Shown one piece after another: positions 25,654 to 34,547 of a stretch of DNA of 53,941 nt. The stretch is from positions 1 through 53,941 of the forward strand of contig JAUSNA010000069.1 in assembly GCA_030645455.1 (NCBI GenBank). The letters are read 5' to 3'. A program made the translations under genes and the position numbers. Below the pieces are notes generated by a model. That model saw only the letters and a program-made list of their open reading frames with translations, did no database searches and was not told the DNA's origin. Each line of letters opens with the position of its first letter. The stretch's first letter is position 1. Source of the stretch: Candidatus Levyibacteriota bacterium. Lineage in GTDB: Bacteria; Patescibacteriota; Microgenomatia; Levybacterales; GWA1-39-11.

Positions 25654-27804
25654 TTAATTTGCCGCACTCGGCGGACTACCGGGCGGATTTTGTCCATCGT
25701 CATCTTTTTTTTCATCCGGGTTTTGAGACTCCACCGATGGTTCATCTGTTGGTAATTCCTGATGCATCACCATTTCCGCTTGTCCTGATTTTGTTTCATC
25801 CCTACGCTCAACCATCGTATCCTCATCTTCTGTCTTAGCATCAACACTTGCAATGACCGTCTTTGCAGCCTCCATTTTCGCTTTGAGGTACGAAATAACT
25901 TCTGTCTTTGAAAAACCTCCTAGCAATAAAAATGGCAAGATATTAGCAACTCTCTCCATGCCTTTATCAACATTTTCTTGATTGTCAGAACTCAGCAAGT
26001 TAATTGTTTCCGTAATATTTGCGATATCGGACTGGATAAAGCTATGCTTGTCGGTTGGAATGCCATTCGGACCAATTGGGGTTTCCATGTTTTGGTAATT
26101 CTCAAGCCACATTTTTCTGACATCTTCATATTCTTCGATACTTACCTGCTGAACCTGATTTACATGAGGAAGCTTTACCTCTTTAATGCTTGTAAGAGAA
26201 GCTTGTTTTTGGCCGGGCGTTACAGCTTTTGTTTTGTTACCCATTTCCTCAGAAACCTTTGTCGCAGATAATACATTTTCAGCTAATTTGTCGCCCTTCT
26301 TTTGTTGTGTTACCAATTTTTCCTTGATAGTAGTGAATTTTTGCCTATCAACGGGAGTTGCAACCGTTGTAGGTTTAGATATTTTCTCGAGAGTGTCATG
26401 GAAACGGCTTATCTCGGACCTCGAAACAGTATCATGTTTCATTAGAGACGTTTCGTATCTGGCAATATCCTTCATCTTTGGAATTGAGAGATTTGCAAGG
26501 CGCAGAACGTCTTTTGTTTCCCTTACTGTTTGAAGGTTAGTAAGTGATGCTCTTTCAAGAGTGCTGGTCGTTCGTGAGGTGGGAATTTCCATTGCCCTCT
26601 TATTGAAAAAGGGGATACTCTTAGCAAGGCCGAAAGGTGAGGGTTGCTGTGGAGGGCTTCCCGGTGGAGGCTGTTGTCCCCCATATGCTTTATTGAACCA
26701 AGAATTTGAGGTTATCTTTTTGATTACAGGACTTTCTGCAATAGATACGTTACTTAAATAATCAAGAAATATCTGTAAAAGCAAAAAAGGTAGTAATATT
26801 ACTACCCACAGCATTAATAGCGCCACAACATAAAGAGCAAAGGTATCTTTCAAATTAACTGAGTTATTAAGTCCTATCTGCTGACCCGGACCTCCCAAAA
26901 GAATATTAATTGCAGTTGGATATACAGCCGATCCAACCTTTGAAAAATCAAAACTCATCGGAATTCCACTTCTCCACACATTTACCAAACCGTGGAGAAA
27001 AAGCGCAAATAACGGTGCATATAACAGCCATCGGAAAAATTCACCGATCCATATTTTTGCCGTATTTCTCACTGGCCTGAAAAAGAAAAGCAGAGGAAAA
27101 ATTGGGCTAACAATAATAAAAAACCACAATATTATTTTTCTAATTAAAAGTAGTCCTGTCATTACATAATAGGTAATTGCGGTAAGCTTTACTAACAAAA
27201 GAGAAATAAAAGCGGATTCATCAAAGTCAATTCCAAGCTTCCTATACCCCCTAAATGATTCGTAATCAAAGGCTATAAACAACAAATCTTGCGGCCCAAT
27301 ATTGCGGTTTTGCCCTGTAACCGGATCTTTTACATTGAGAAAAAATCCCTGTATAACATCTGTTGCCTGATACAAAAACCGTATAATTGCAAAAGAAAGA
27401 ACGACAAGGATTACAATCATGATAAATCTGGGAATAAATTTCATTACCGTCAGATTTTGTCCGCGGGTAATTATCATGACAAAAGCGGCTCCCAAAACAA
27501 AAAGAGAAAGCATAACAAACACAATATTTCTAACAATCGCCCAGAAGCTTTGTATCGGATTGTTATTGGCTCCTTCCGGAAGAGTTATCCACCGATAATT
27601 TTCGACAGATAATGTCCACTCTAAAAAGCCATTGGCGCGGGTCGCGGTCTTTCCAACAAATGTCACTTCCTGATCTCTTACCCAACCGGTCGTAATGTCT
27701 GGAGTCGGAGTCTGAGCAAAAGAGGGCTTCACAAATAGAAATGCACCAATGGTAAGAAGAGAAATTATGAATAATCTGACTATAAGGGGCAGTTTGTTAA
27801 GCAT
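25654..27804 (-). CDS. Large polytopic membrane protein (possible VirB6/TrbL-like) with a ~330-aa hydrophilic C-terminal tail
   Basis: Signal-like N-terminus (..GAFLFVKPSFAQ), about 8 TM helices in the first ~380 aa, then a charged/coiled tail bracketed by PPGSPP motifs. Starts 1 nt after the small pilin gene. The VirB6 assignment rests on context and topology only. Confidence 0.5.
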   Translation of the reverse strand: MLNKLPLIVRLFIISLLTIGAFLFVKPSFAQTPTPDITTGWVRDQEVTFVGKTATRANGFLEWTLSVENYRWITLPEGANNNPIQSFWAIVRNIVFVMLSLFVLGAAFVMIITRGQNLTVMKFIPRFIMIVILVVLSFAIIRFLYQATDVIQGFFLNVKDPVTGQNRNIGPQDLLFIAFDYESFRGYRKLGIDFDESAFISLLLVKLTAITYYVMTGLLLIRKIILWFFIIVSPIFPLLFFFRPVRNTAKIWIGEFFRWLLYAPLFALFLHGLVNVWRSGIPMSFDFSKVGSAVYPTAINILLGGPGQQIGLNNSVNLKDTFALYVVALLMLWVVILLPFLLLQIFLDYLSNVSIAESPVIKKITSNSWFNKAYGGQQPPPGSPPQQPSPFGLAKSIPFFNKRAMEIPTSRTTSTLERASLTNLQTVRETKDVLRLANLSIPKMKDIARYETSLMKHDTVSRSEISRFHDTLEKISKPTTVATPVDRQKFTTIKEKLVTQQKKGDKLAENVLSATKVSEEMGNKTKAVTPGQKQASLTSIKEVKLPHVNQVQQVSIEEYEDVRKMWLENYQNMETPIGPNGIPTDKHSFIQSDIANITETINLLSSDNQENVDKGMERVANILPFLLLGGFSKTEVISYLKAKMEAAKTVIASVDAKTEDEDTMVERRDETKSGQAEMVMHQELPTDEPSVESQNPDEKKDDDGQNPPGSPPSAAN

Positions 27805-27805
27805 A

Positions 27806-28123
27806 TTAGGAAAATCCCGGAATTTTTAATATATCAGCAGTAACAATTTGAATAAATACAAACCCAAAAATTGCAAGCAACATCCCGATAATTGCGTATG
27901 TGATATAGGATTTTCCGGCATGCAGTCTTTCTGGATTTCCTTGCGAAACAAGTATATGGTATCCGCCAATTATCAGAAACAGAAGGCCAACAAGACCAAT
28001 AAGTCCTAATCCGATACCGTAAAATCTGGCAACAAAACCTACGGGGTCGTTAGGAATGCATCCAAAGTCAGTAACAATCTCTTTTAGTGGATCGCACGCG
28101 TCGGCGGGTACAATTGAAGCCAT
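27806..28123 (-). CDS. Small TrbC/VirB2-type (T4SS-like) pilin
   Basis: 105 aa with two hydrophobic helices separated by a short polar loop: GIGLGLIGLVGLLFLIIGGYHILVSQGNPERLHAGKSYITYAIIGMLLAIFGFVFIQIV. An upstream Cys pair is present (ACDP...FGCIP). This matches my recollection of the small 'T4SS pilin' family abundant in CPR genomes. Confidence 0.55.
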   Translation of the reverse strand: MASIVPADACDPLKEIVTDFGCIPNDPVGFVARFYGIGLGLIGLVGLLFLIIGGYHILVSQGNPERLHAGKSYITYAIIGMLLAIFGFVFIQIVTADILKIPGFS

Positions 28124-28178
28124 ACAACTTTAATAGTAGCACTAAAGCAGTGGAGAAAACAACACGTTTTTGCTCAAA

Positions 28179-30284
28179 CTATTCAATTACACTACCCCAA
28201 ACAACAACGGTGAAGTCTTTACGCACAAGAGGCTTAAATTCCGGTCTTGAGACTAACACATCGGTTGCATTTGAAAGTTTTTTAGCATAAAAAATGTGGG
28301 ACATAAAAGCTTGGGGTTTTGGCAAAACATCAATCGCCAATAAATTTTCTACCTCCTTTTCGGGCAAATTGCTAAAATAGACATAAGAAGAACCCTCCAA
28401 CTCTCGGCTGAAAAAAGTAACAATGTCCATAACCTCGCGTGTATTAAATCCTAAAGAATAGGCATAATCAGCAATCCCTCTCTGGAGTTCGGAACTCTTT
28501 AAAATTACGCCACCTGAAGGCAAAGCAACACTTCCGCGGGGAAAATCGTAATCAATTTTCTTATAATTACCTTCAGAAAAACGCAACGCACCATCCCTAT
28601 TGGTTTCAAAACTCCACACCCCATTGACAAGCTGAGGTACTGCGGATCCTTTGCTTATGGGGGTCCGTGGTGAAATTGTAATTTTTTTGTTATCACTGCT
28701 ATATGCATAAATCGGGCATGCCTCACAAGCTTCATAATTTGGGTATCCTTTTTTCTCCCATTCGGTTTCGCATTCGGAACGCGGATTTTTCCGTTCGCGC
28801 TTCGGCTCAACAGGGACAAAAGTCCCCAGCTTTAACTGCCTATCGGTTACTGACAACTCGTCAACCAACTTCTTATTACGCTCTATTCCTAATTTTTCTT
28901 GTGGTAATTTCGGCATGACTGAGACAAATTCAAAGTCATTCGACTTATCGGGAAGAATTGTAGTAATAAGTTCTTTTGTGGTTAGGTTATATACTTTTAT
29001 TGATTTCAACTTATTCTTGTATCCCGATGGCCCAATACCATTCCCGGTACCCAGGTTTCCTCTAAACGCTATCTCCTCACCGATAAGCACAGTTTTATCA
29101 CCCGAAGGTAATTCACCTACGTCAAGTATTCTTATTGTGTTGTCCGACTTGCCAACGATTGTTTCTTTTGTAAAATTACCTTCCTTGTCTTTTTTGATTA
29201 GCTGTATTTCCGAAAAAACAAGCATTGACTTTCCCCCAACTGACTCTACCCGGTATATTTCAGAAACTATACTCATATCACTTTCCGGCACACCTGATAC
29301 AAACACCGGATGCTTGTAATGCTCACCTTCATTACCCGGAGCAACAGTTACAATTTGCTTTGAATCTAAGTCGTAGGTCTTAACAATATTGGTATTTACT
29401 ATTTGATCCCGCGTACTATCGGTATCACCAGTTGACGGAAGTCTTGAATTATTCGGATCAAAAGCCGTATAGAGAAGGTAACGTTCGTTAAAGAAATACG
29501 GATTACTATTATATGAATTTAGAGGAAGTATCACGCTTAACGCCTCGTTTTTATATCCGTAATAAAGCGCATAACTGCTTGGTATGAGGGTATCAAAATA
29601 TACCGATCCTACATTTGTAATAACCGAAGGCAATGAGATCGCAACGCCCGGTCCGGCTTTTTGCTCAAGAAGAGTAGATGGGGAAAGCGTTTCTTTTCCA
29701 TTGATCACTTCATCAAGATTTGCTTTAAAAACCCTGTAAAAATCGTTCTCGTGAGTGTAGCCACCGTCATCTGCAGCCTTTACTTCGTACCAAGCAATCC
29801 ACTTGTGATCTTTCGAAATTACATACCGGTCTATTTTATATTCGTCCGTAGGTGTATAAATGGTTCTAACCGGTCCATCAATATCACTACCTGCTGGGGT
29901 TATTTGCTTTAAAGCAAATGATCCACCCATATCCCCATAATCAGTGTCTGCAATATACAAAAGGTGCTTACCCGTAACAAGTGGTGTTACGAATTTCACC
30001 GTATCTTTAATTGTTGTTACCGATGAATTATTTATTCCCGAATCGTTTATTGCAGATATTAAGGATATGTCTTCTCCTTTTGAGCCATAAATAAGGGTGT
30101 TAATTGATGAGGTATCATTTTTCAGGTCTTTTTGATTCTCTTTAGGAATTTCCTGCCTAATAGGAGCGTTCCCCCCACCCCGTTGACTCATGGCACCAAT
30201 AAAACCCAATCCCAAAACAATAAGTGCACCAAGCAGAAGAAAGGGTGAGTTGTCTGAGCTGAAGCGCTTTCCAATTGAGACCAT
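28179..30284 (-). CDS. Large exported/anchored protein, hypothetical (propeller-like N-terminal half, Cys-cluster C-terminal half)
   Basis: N-terminal TM/signal (FLLLGALIVLGLGFIGA). Repeated beta-rich segments resemble TolB/WD40 blades (LLYIADTDYGDMGG, WIAWYEVKAADDGG, YLLYTAFDPNN). A cluster SECETEWEKKGYPNYEACEACP is also present. Confidence 0.5.
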   Translation of the reverse strand: MVSIGKRFSSDNSPFLLLGALIVLGLGFIGAMSQRGGGNAPIRQEIPKENQKDLKNDTSSINTLIYGSKGEDISLISAINDSGINNSSVTTIKDTVKFVTPLVTGKHLLYIADTDYGDMGGSFALKQITPAGSDIDGPVRTIYTPTDEYKIDRYVISKDHKWIAWYEVKAADDGGYTHENDFYRVFKANLDEVINGKETLSPSTLLEQKAGPGVAISLPSVITNVGSVYFDTLIPSSYALYYGYKNEALSVILPLNSYNSNPYFFNERYLLYTAFDPNNSRLPSTGDTDSTRDQIVNTNIVKTYDLDSKQIVTVAPGNEGEHYKHPVFVSGVPESDMSIVSEIYRVESVGGKSMLVFSEIQLIKKDKEGNFTKETIVGKSDNTIRILDVGELPSGDKTVLIGEEIAFRGNLGTGNGIGPSGYKNKLKSIKVYNLTTKELITTILPDKSNDFEFVSVMPKLPQEKLGIERNKKLVDELSVTDRQLKLGTFVPVEPKRERKNPRSECETEWEKKGYPNYEACEACPIYAYSSDNKKITISPRTPISKGSAVPQLVNGVWSFETNRDGALRFSEGNYKKIDYDFPRGSVALPSGGVILKSSELQRGIADYAYSLGFNTREVMDIVTFFSRELEGSSYVYFSNLPEKEVENLLAIDVLPKPQAFMSHIFYAKKLSNATDVLVSRPEFKPLVRKDFTVVVWGSVIE

Positions 30285-30296
30285 AGGCAGTTATTG

Positions 30297-30776
30297 TTAC
30301 TCTTTTAAAACCTGTATCTCAATCTTATCCAAATCCTTCAGTAAAATCCAGCGGTAGGGACTAGTAACTTGTTTTCCATTTTTCTTCAAAATAATCTTAT
30401 ATCCATCAAATGTTCTGATCGCTCCAATTTGAGAATTATTAAACGTTGTCCCCATCACGTCAAAAAAATCACCTAAGAAAAAAGGTACTGGATACGGATA
30501 TTCCATATGAATAAGACCCGTTGCGTCATGTGTATGCAGTGGATGCATACAATCTTGGGTTAATCCTATGCTGGGTGGAATTTCAATTTCTCTTCCTTCC
30601 TGAATAATTTTTAACTGCGTGTGACTATGAGTTGGACTATGGTCGACGTGTTCAACACATTGTCTAAAAATAAAACTTCTAGCCCACAGTATTCCAACGA
30701 CAAAAAAAATAAGGCCACCAAAAAACACTCCGATAATTTTTTTACGGCTTGGATATAAAATTCGCTTCCTACTCAC
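30297..30776 (-). CDS. Membrane-anchored protein with conserved-looking His motifs, hypothetical
   Basis: One N-terminal TM, then HVDHSPTHSHTQLKII..G.EIEIPPSIGL..DCMHPLHTHDATGLIHMEYP. GTG start at 30776. Confidence 0.5.
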   Translation of the reverse strand: MSRKRILYPSRKKIIGVFFGGLIFFVVGILWARSFIFRQCVEHVDHSPTHSHTQLKIIQEGREIEIPPSIGLTQDCMHPLHTHDATGLIHMEYPYPVPFFLGDFFDVMGTTFNNSQIGAIRTFDGYKIILKKNGKQVTSPYRWILLKDLDKIEIQVLKE

Positions 30777-30816
30777 CTACTAAGGATATCAATTATCAAA
30801 GGGTAATAAAAGGAGG

Positions 30817-32739
30817 TTAGCTGACAACTTCGCCTTCTTCGGCATCTTCTTTCTTCGAGTCTGAGGAAGTGCTGTCAGGATTCTCTTCCGAATCTGCGTC
30901 GGCAGAACTTTCACCTTCAGTTTTTTGCTCATTATCTTCAGGCTTTTGATTTGCGTACATTTTTTCTCCCACTTTAGAAATCTTCTCAGATAGATCTTTT
31001 GTCTTTGACTCAATCTCTTCTTTATCGTCTGTGTCTTTTACTTTACGAAGGCTCTCAATTGCTTCCTCTACCTCTTTTTTATCTGCTTCCTCTATCTTTC
31101 CCTCCAAATCTTTAATAGATTTTTCAGCAGTAAAAATAAGGTTGTCTGCACTATTTTTCACTTCGATCAATTCCTTTTTCTTTGCGTCCTCCTCAGCGTG
31201 CGCTTCCGCATCCTGAGTCATCTTCTTTATTTCATCGTCCGTCAGACCGGTCGATCCGGTTATTTTAATACTTTGTTCCTTACCCGTTGCTTTGTCTTTT
31301 GCTGTTACAGAAAGAATACCGGATGCATCAATATCAAAAGTTACCTCAACCTGGGGCACCCCACGCGGTGCTGGGGGAATACCATCTAATATAAATCTCC
31401 CCAGTGATTTATTGTCTTGAGCCATTGGACGCTCTCCCTGAACTACGTTAATTTCAACTTGAGTTTGGTTATCGGCAGCGGTTGAGAATACCTGAGATTT
31501 TTTACTTGGAATTGTTGTATTCTTCTCAATTAAAGGTGTTGCAACTCCACCCATTGTCTCAATTCCTAAAGTAAGAGGTGTTACATCCAAAAGCAAAACG
31601 TCTTTTACCTCTCCACCCAAAACTCCCGCCTGAACTGCTGCACCGACTGCAACTACTTCATCCGGATTTACTGATTTGTTGGGCTCTTTTCCGAAGAATT
31701 TTGTTACTTCGGAAATTATTTTTGGCATTCTTGTCATACCTCCTACTAAAATGATTTCATCAATGCCACTAGTCTCAACCTTTGCGTCTTTCAACGCTTG
31801 CCTTACAGGGCCAAAAGATTTTTCGATAAGAGGAGATACTAATGATTCAAGTTTTGAGCGTGTGATTTTTACGGTTAAATGAAGTGGCCCAGATGGTCCC
31901 TGCGTGATAAATGGCTGGTTAATTTCTGCTTCCATTGAAGTTGATAATTCAATTTTTGCTTTTTCCGCCGACTCCTTAAGTCTTTGCAATGCCTGAGGGT
32001 CTTGCCTCAAATCAATGCTATTTTCCTTTTTAAATTCATCTGCCAAATAGTCGATAAGCACCTGATCAAAATCGTCTCCTCCCAGATGCGTATCTCCATT
32101 CGTTGCTTTTACCTCGTAAACTCCTTCACCTAATTCCAAAACTGAAATATCAAATGTTCCACCGCCCAAATCATAAACAGCAACGGTATGGGCGTGTTTT
32201 TTATCGAGTCCGTACGCAAGAGCTGCTGCTGTCGGCTCGTTAACAATGCGAAGTACCTCAAGGCCGGCAATTTCTCCAGCCTGCTTTGTTGCTTGGCGCT
32301 GCGCGTCGTCAAAATATGCAGGAACCGTAATAACAGCCTGGGTAACTTTGTCTCCAAGATAGTTTTCAGCATCTTTTTTAAGTTTCTGTAAAATTTGTGC
32401 TGAAATTTCTTGAGGAGTATATGCTTTACCATCAACTTCAACAACAGCCATACCTTCTCGGCCATTTTTTACGTCATAGGGCAATAGCTTCAAATCGCGC
32501 TGTACGGAATCGTCCTTCAGCTTTCTTCCCATTAGTCTTTTTACGGAAAATATAATTTTCTTAGGCTTCAAAACCATTTGACGCTTTGCAACATCTCCAA
32601 CAACTCTTTCGATAGGATCAACAACTGATGGGGTAGTATTTCTTCCCTCGGAAGAGAATATAACCTTTGGAGATCCACCCTCCATAACGGCCATACATGA
32701 ATTTGTTGTTCCTAGATCAATACCTATAATTTTTCCCAT
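30817..32739 (-). CDS. dnaK: Chaperone DnaK (Hsp70)
   Basis: [17 protein letters not shown], a VGG-containing segment and an acidic C-terminal tail, full length at 640 aa. Confidence 0.97.
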   Translation of the reverse strand: MGKIIGIDLGTTNSCMAVMEGGSPKVIFSSEGRNTTPSVVDPIERVVGDVAKRQMVLKPKKIIFSVKRLMGRKLKDDSVQRDLKLLPYDVKNGREGMAVVEVDGKAYTPQEISAQILQKLKKDAENYLGDKVTQAVITVPAYFDDAQRQATKQAGEIAGLEVLRIVNEPTAAALAYGLDKKHAHTVAVYDLGGGTFDISVLELGEGVYEVKATNGDTHLGGDDFDQVLIDYLADEFKKENSIDLRQDPQALQRLKESAEKAKIELSTSMEAEINQPFITQGPSGPLHLTVKITRSKLESLVSPLIEKSFGPVRQALKDAKVETSGIDEIILVGGMTRMPKIISEVTKFFGKEPNKSVNPDEVVAVGAAVQAGVLGGEVKDVLLLDVTPLTLGIETMGGVATPLIEKNTTIPSKKSQVFSTAADNQTQVEINVVQGERPMAQDNKSLGRFILDGIPPAPRGVPQVEVTFDIDASGILSVTAKDKATGKEQSIKITGSTGLTDDEIKKMTQDAEAHAEEDAKKKELIEVKNSADNLIFTAEKSIKDLEGKIEEADKKEVEEAIESLRKVKDTDDKEEIESKTKDLSEKISKVGEKMYANQKPEDNEQKTEGESSADADSEENPDSTSSDSKKEDAEEGEVVS

Positions 32740-32811
32740 ACTTTTTATATTTATACTGTAATTAGATTCTTGTTATCATGAGTATTATATTATATTCACA
32801 ATAATAAATCC

Positions 32812-33315
32812 CTAATTTCTTTCCCCCTGCCCGACTTTTACTTGCGCAGGTCGGATTAATTTGCCGTTTACTGTAAAACCGGGTCTTACTTCTTCTATTA
32901 TTTTTTCCTTTGGTCCATCAACTACTTCAACTACCTCCATCGTATCCGCATTATATTGTGCATTATGGGTATCTACTTTTTCAATACCGTTTTCTTTTAA
33001 TACGTCTACTATTCTTCCGATTGTCAATTTTACACTTTCATCCGTAGTATATTTTCCTGCTAAAAAAAGTGTGTCAAAAGCAGGAAGCAATGCTTCTATC
33101 AGCTGTTTGTTTGCAAACCGTATTGCCTCGCTTCGTTCTTCAAAACTTCTCCTTTCCAAATTTCTATAGTCTGCGACCGCCCTTGTTAGTTGGTCAGAAA
33201 GTTCAATTATCTTTGCATCCTTTTCATCTTTTTCCGGTTCTGCCTCTTGTACCTTATCAGCAATTACTTCTTCTTTGTCTTTTTTTATTTTCTTGTCATC
33301 CATTGTCTTTACCAA
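32812..33315 (-). CDS. grpE: Nucleotide exchange factor GrpE
   Basis: Coiled-coil N-terminus, RAVADYRNLERR and a C-terminal beta domain (..PGFTVNGKLIRPAQVKV). 7-nt overlap with hrcA. Confidence 0.9.
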   Translation of the reverse strand: MVKTMDDKKIKKDKEEVIADKVQEAEPEKDEKDAKIIELSDQLTRAVADYRNLERRSFEERSEAIRFANKQLIEALLPAFDTLFLAGKYTTDESVKLTIGRIVDVLKENGIEKVDTHNAQYNADTMEVVEVVDGPKEKIIEEVRPGFTVNGKLIRPAQVKVGQGERN

Positions 33316-34031
33316 GTTGCAACGTCTTCTATTAAAGAGCCATAGTACCTCACAAGTGGCACAATATTTTCATATCTAAGTCTTGCAGGACCAATTACTC
33401 CAATTGTCCCATCGTGATTACTTTTTGTATGGAACTTTGAAAAAACAAAACTGTATGGTTTGAATAATTCAAGCTCCATATCATCTCCCAAAATAACTGC
33501 AAATTTCTCATGTATCAGCCCAAATAAGGTGTCAAAATGCGCTTGGTTGTCGAGTAAATTCAATAAATTCTTTGTTACATCGATATCATAAAATTCAGGC
33601 ATGTCCAAAATTTGCGAATATCCTGAGCAGAAAAAGTTGCCGTCGTCATTGCGAGCAATCGCCAATGTTCCGGTTTTTTCAGCCAATCTTTGAGTTGCCG
33701 CTCTCATAAATTCATTTTCTTTCTCGCGTACGTCCCAAATTTTCTCTTTTGCTTCTACCTCTTCCGCAACCGACAAGTCTTTTTCCTTCATCAGCTCATT
33801 TACATAAAGCTTCATCGCTTTTGATGTAGGAACCCTTCCTGCGGACGTGTGGGGCTTTGCCAAATACCCTTTTTTTATCATAGCCGCCATTTCATTCCGA
33901 ATTGTTGCAGGACTTACCCCCACATCGTACTTTTTTTCCAAAGTCTCAGAACCAACGGGATTTGCTGTATCGATATACTCCTTAACAATCTGTTTTAAAA
34001 TCTCGATTTGCCTTTGCGTTAAATCGTACAT
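33309..34031 (-). CDS. hrcA: Heat-inducible transcription repressor HrcA (short, 240 aa)
   Basis: N-terminal winged helix LTQRQIEILKQIVKEYIDTANPVGSETL...GVSPATIRNEM, first gene before grpE-dnaK, with a CIRCE operator upstream. It is about 100 aa shorter than typical HrcA. Confidence 0.85.
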   Translation of the reverse strand: MYDLTQRQIEILKQIVKEYIDTANPVGSETLEKKYDVGVSPATIRNEMAAMIKKGYLAKPHTSAGRVPTSKAMKLYVNELMKEKDLSVAEEVEAKEKIWDVREKENEFMRAATQRLAEKTGTLAIARNDDGNFFCSGYSQILDMPEFYDIDVTKNLLNLLDNQAHFDTLFGLIHEKFAVILGDDMELELFKPYSFVFSKFHTKSNHDGTIGVIGPARLRYENIVPLVRYYGSLIEDVATW

Positions 34032-34089
34032 AAATTTTTTTAAAAAATGAATTCAATCCCATATACCCGCCGTTTTGGAATATACGAGA

Positions 34090-34116
34090 TTAGCAATAAT
34101 ATACCATGAGTGCTAA
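34090..34116 (-). promoter_or_regulatory. CIRCE operator (HrcA binding site) of the hrcA operon
   Basis: Plus strand TTAGCAATA-ATATACCAT-GAGTGCTAA; minus strand TTAGCACTC-N9-TATTGCTAA. This is 16/18 to consensus TTAGCACTC-N9-GAGTGCTAA with exact 9-nt spacing. Confidence 0.8.
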
Positions 34117-34126
34117 ATGATGTCAA
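34098..34126 (-). promoter_or_regulatory. Putative hrcA promoter overlapping CIRCE
   Basis: Minus strand TTGACA (34121-34126), 17 nt, TATATT (34098-34103). The CIRCE left arm fills the spacer. Confidence 0.55.
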
Positions 34127-34173
34127 CCCCTTTATTCTTGTTGTAACTTTCTATTTCTGATACCCTAAAATTA

Positions 34174-34509
34174 ATGAAATCGCGGAAAAAATTTCTTATC
34201 TACCTATTTATATCAATTCTTTCACTCGCCGGTTTTATTTTATTTATTAATACTTTTTCTCCAACGGATCCAATAGATATATTTATTGCCAAAATTCACC
34301 CAACCATCCCATTTTTCTTTCTACTATTTTTGGCGGTTAGCTGTTTGTTTGCGTTTATTTTAAAAAGTAAGAGAAGAGGAGTATTTATCGGCATATTTGC
34401 CAGTATTTTTTTGCTCTTACAATATCTTAACTACAATAACATTTTCTATACTGCAATTTTGGCTACTATTCTAATTTTAGTTGAAATTCTATTTTGGAAA
34501 AAAAGGTAA
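34174..34509 (+). CDS. Small membrane protein, hypothetical
   Basis: 111 aa with four hydrophobic helices and no recognisable motif. Confidence 0.5.
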   Translation: MKSRKKFLIYLFISILSLAGFILFINTFSPTDPIDIFIAKIHPTIPFFFLLFLAVSCLFAFILKSKRRGVFIGIFASIFLLLQYLNYNNIFYTAILATILILVEILFWKKR

Positions 34510-34547
34510 TATTTGTTAATAGCCTCAAAAATTGATAGAATAGCTAG

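Noticed and set aside
28139-28165. CIRCE half-site GTAGCACTA upstream of the small pilin gene
   Set aside because: Only the left arm matches (7/9) and the right arm is 2/9, so this is not a palindrome.
30789-31013. 74-aa basic ORF on the minus strand
   Set aside because: It is an alternative frame inside the 3' end of dnaK. The lysine-rich product mirrors the acidic DnaK tail codons.
32740-32811. Possible CIRCE or promoter in the grpE-dnaK gap
   Set aside because: The best alignment to CIRCE is about 9/18. dnaK is most simply co-transcribed from the hrcA promoter.
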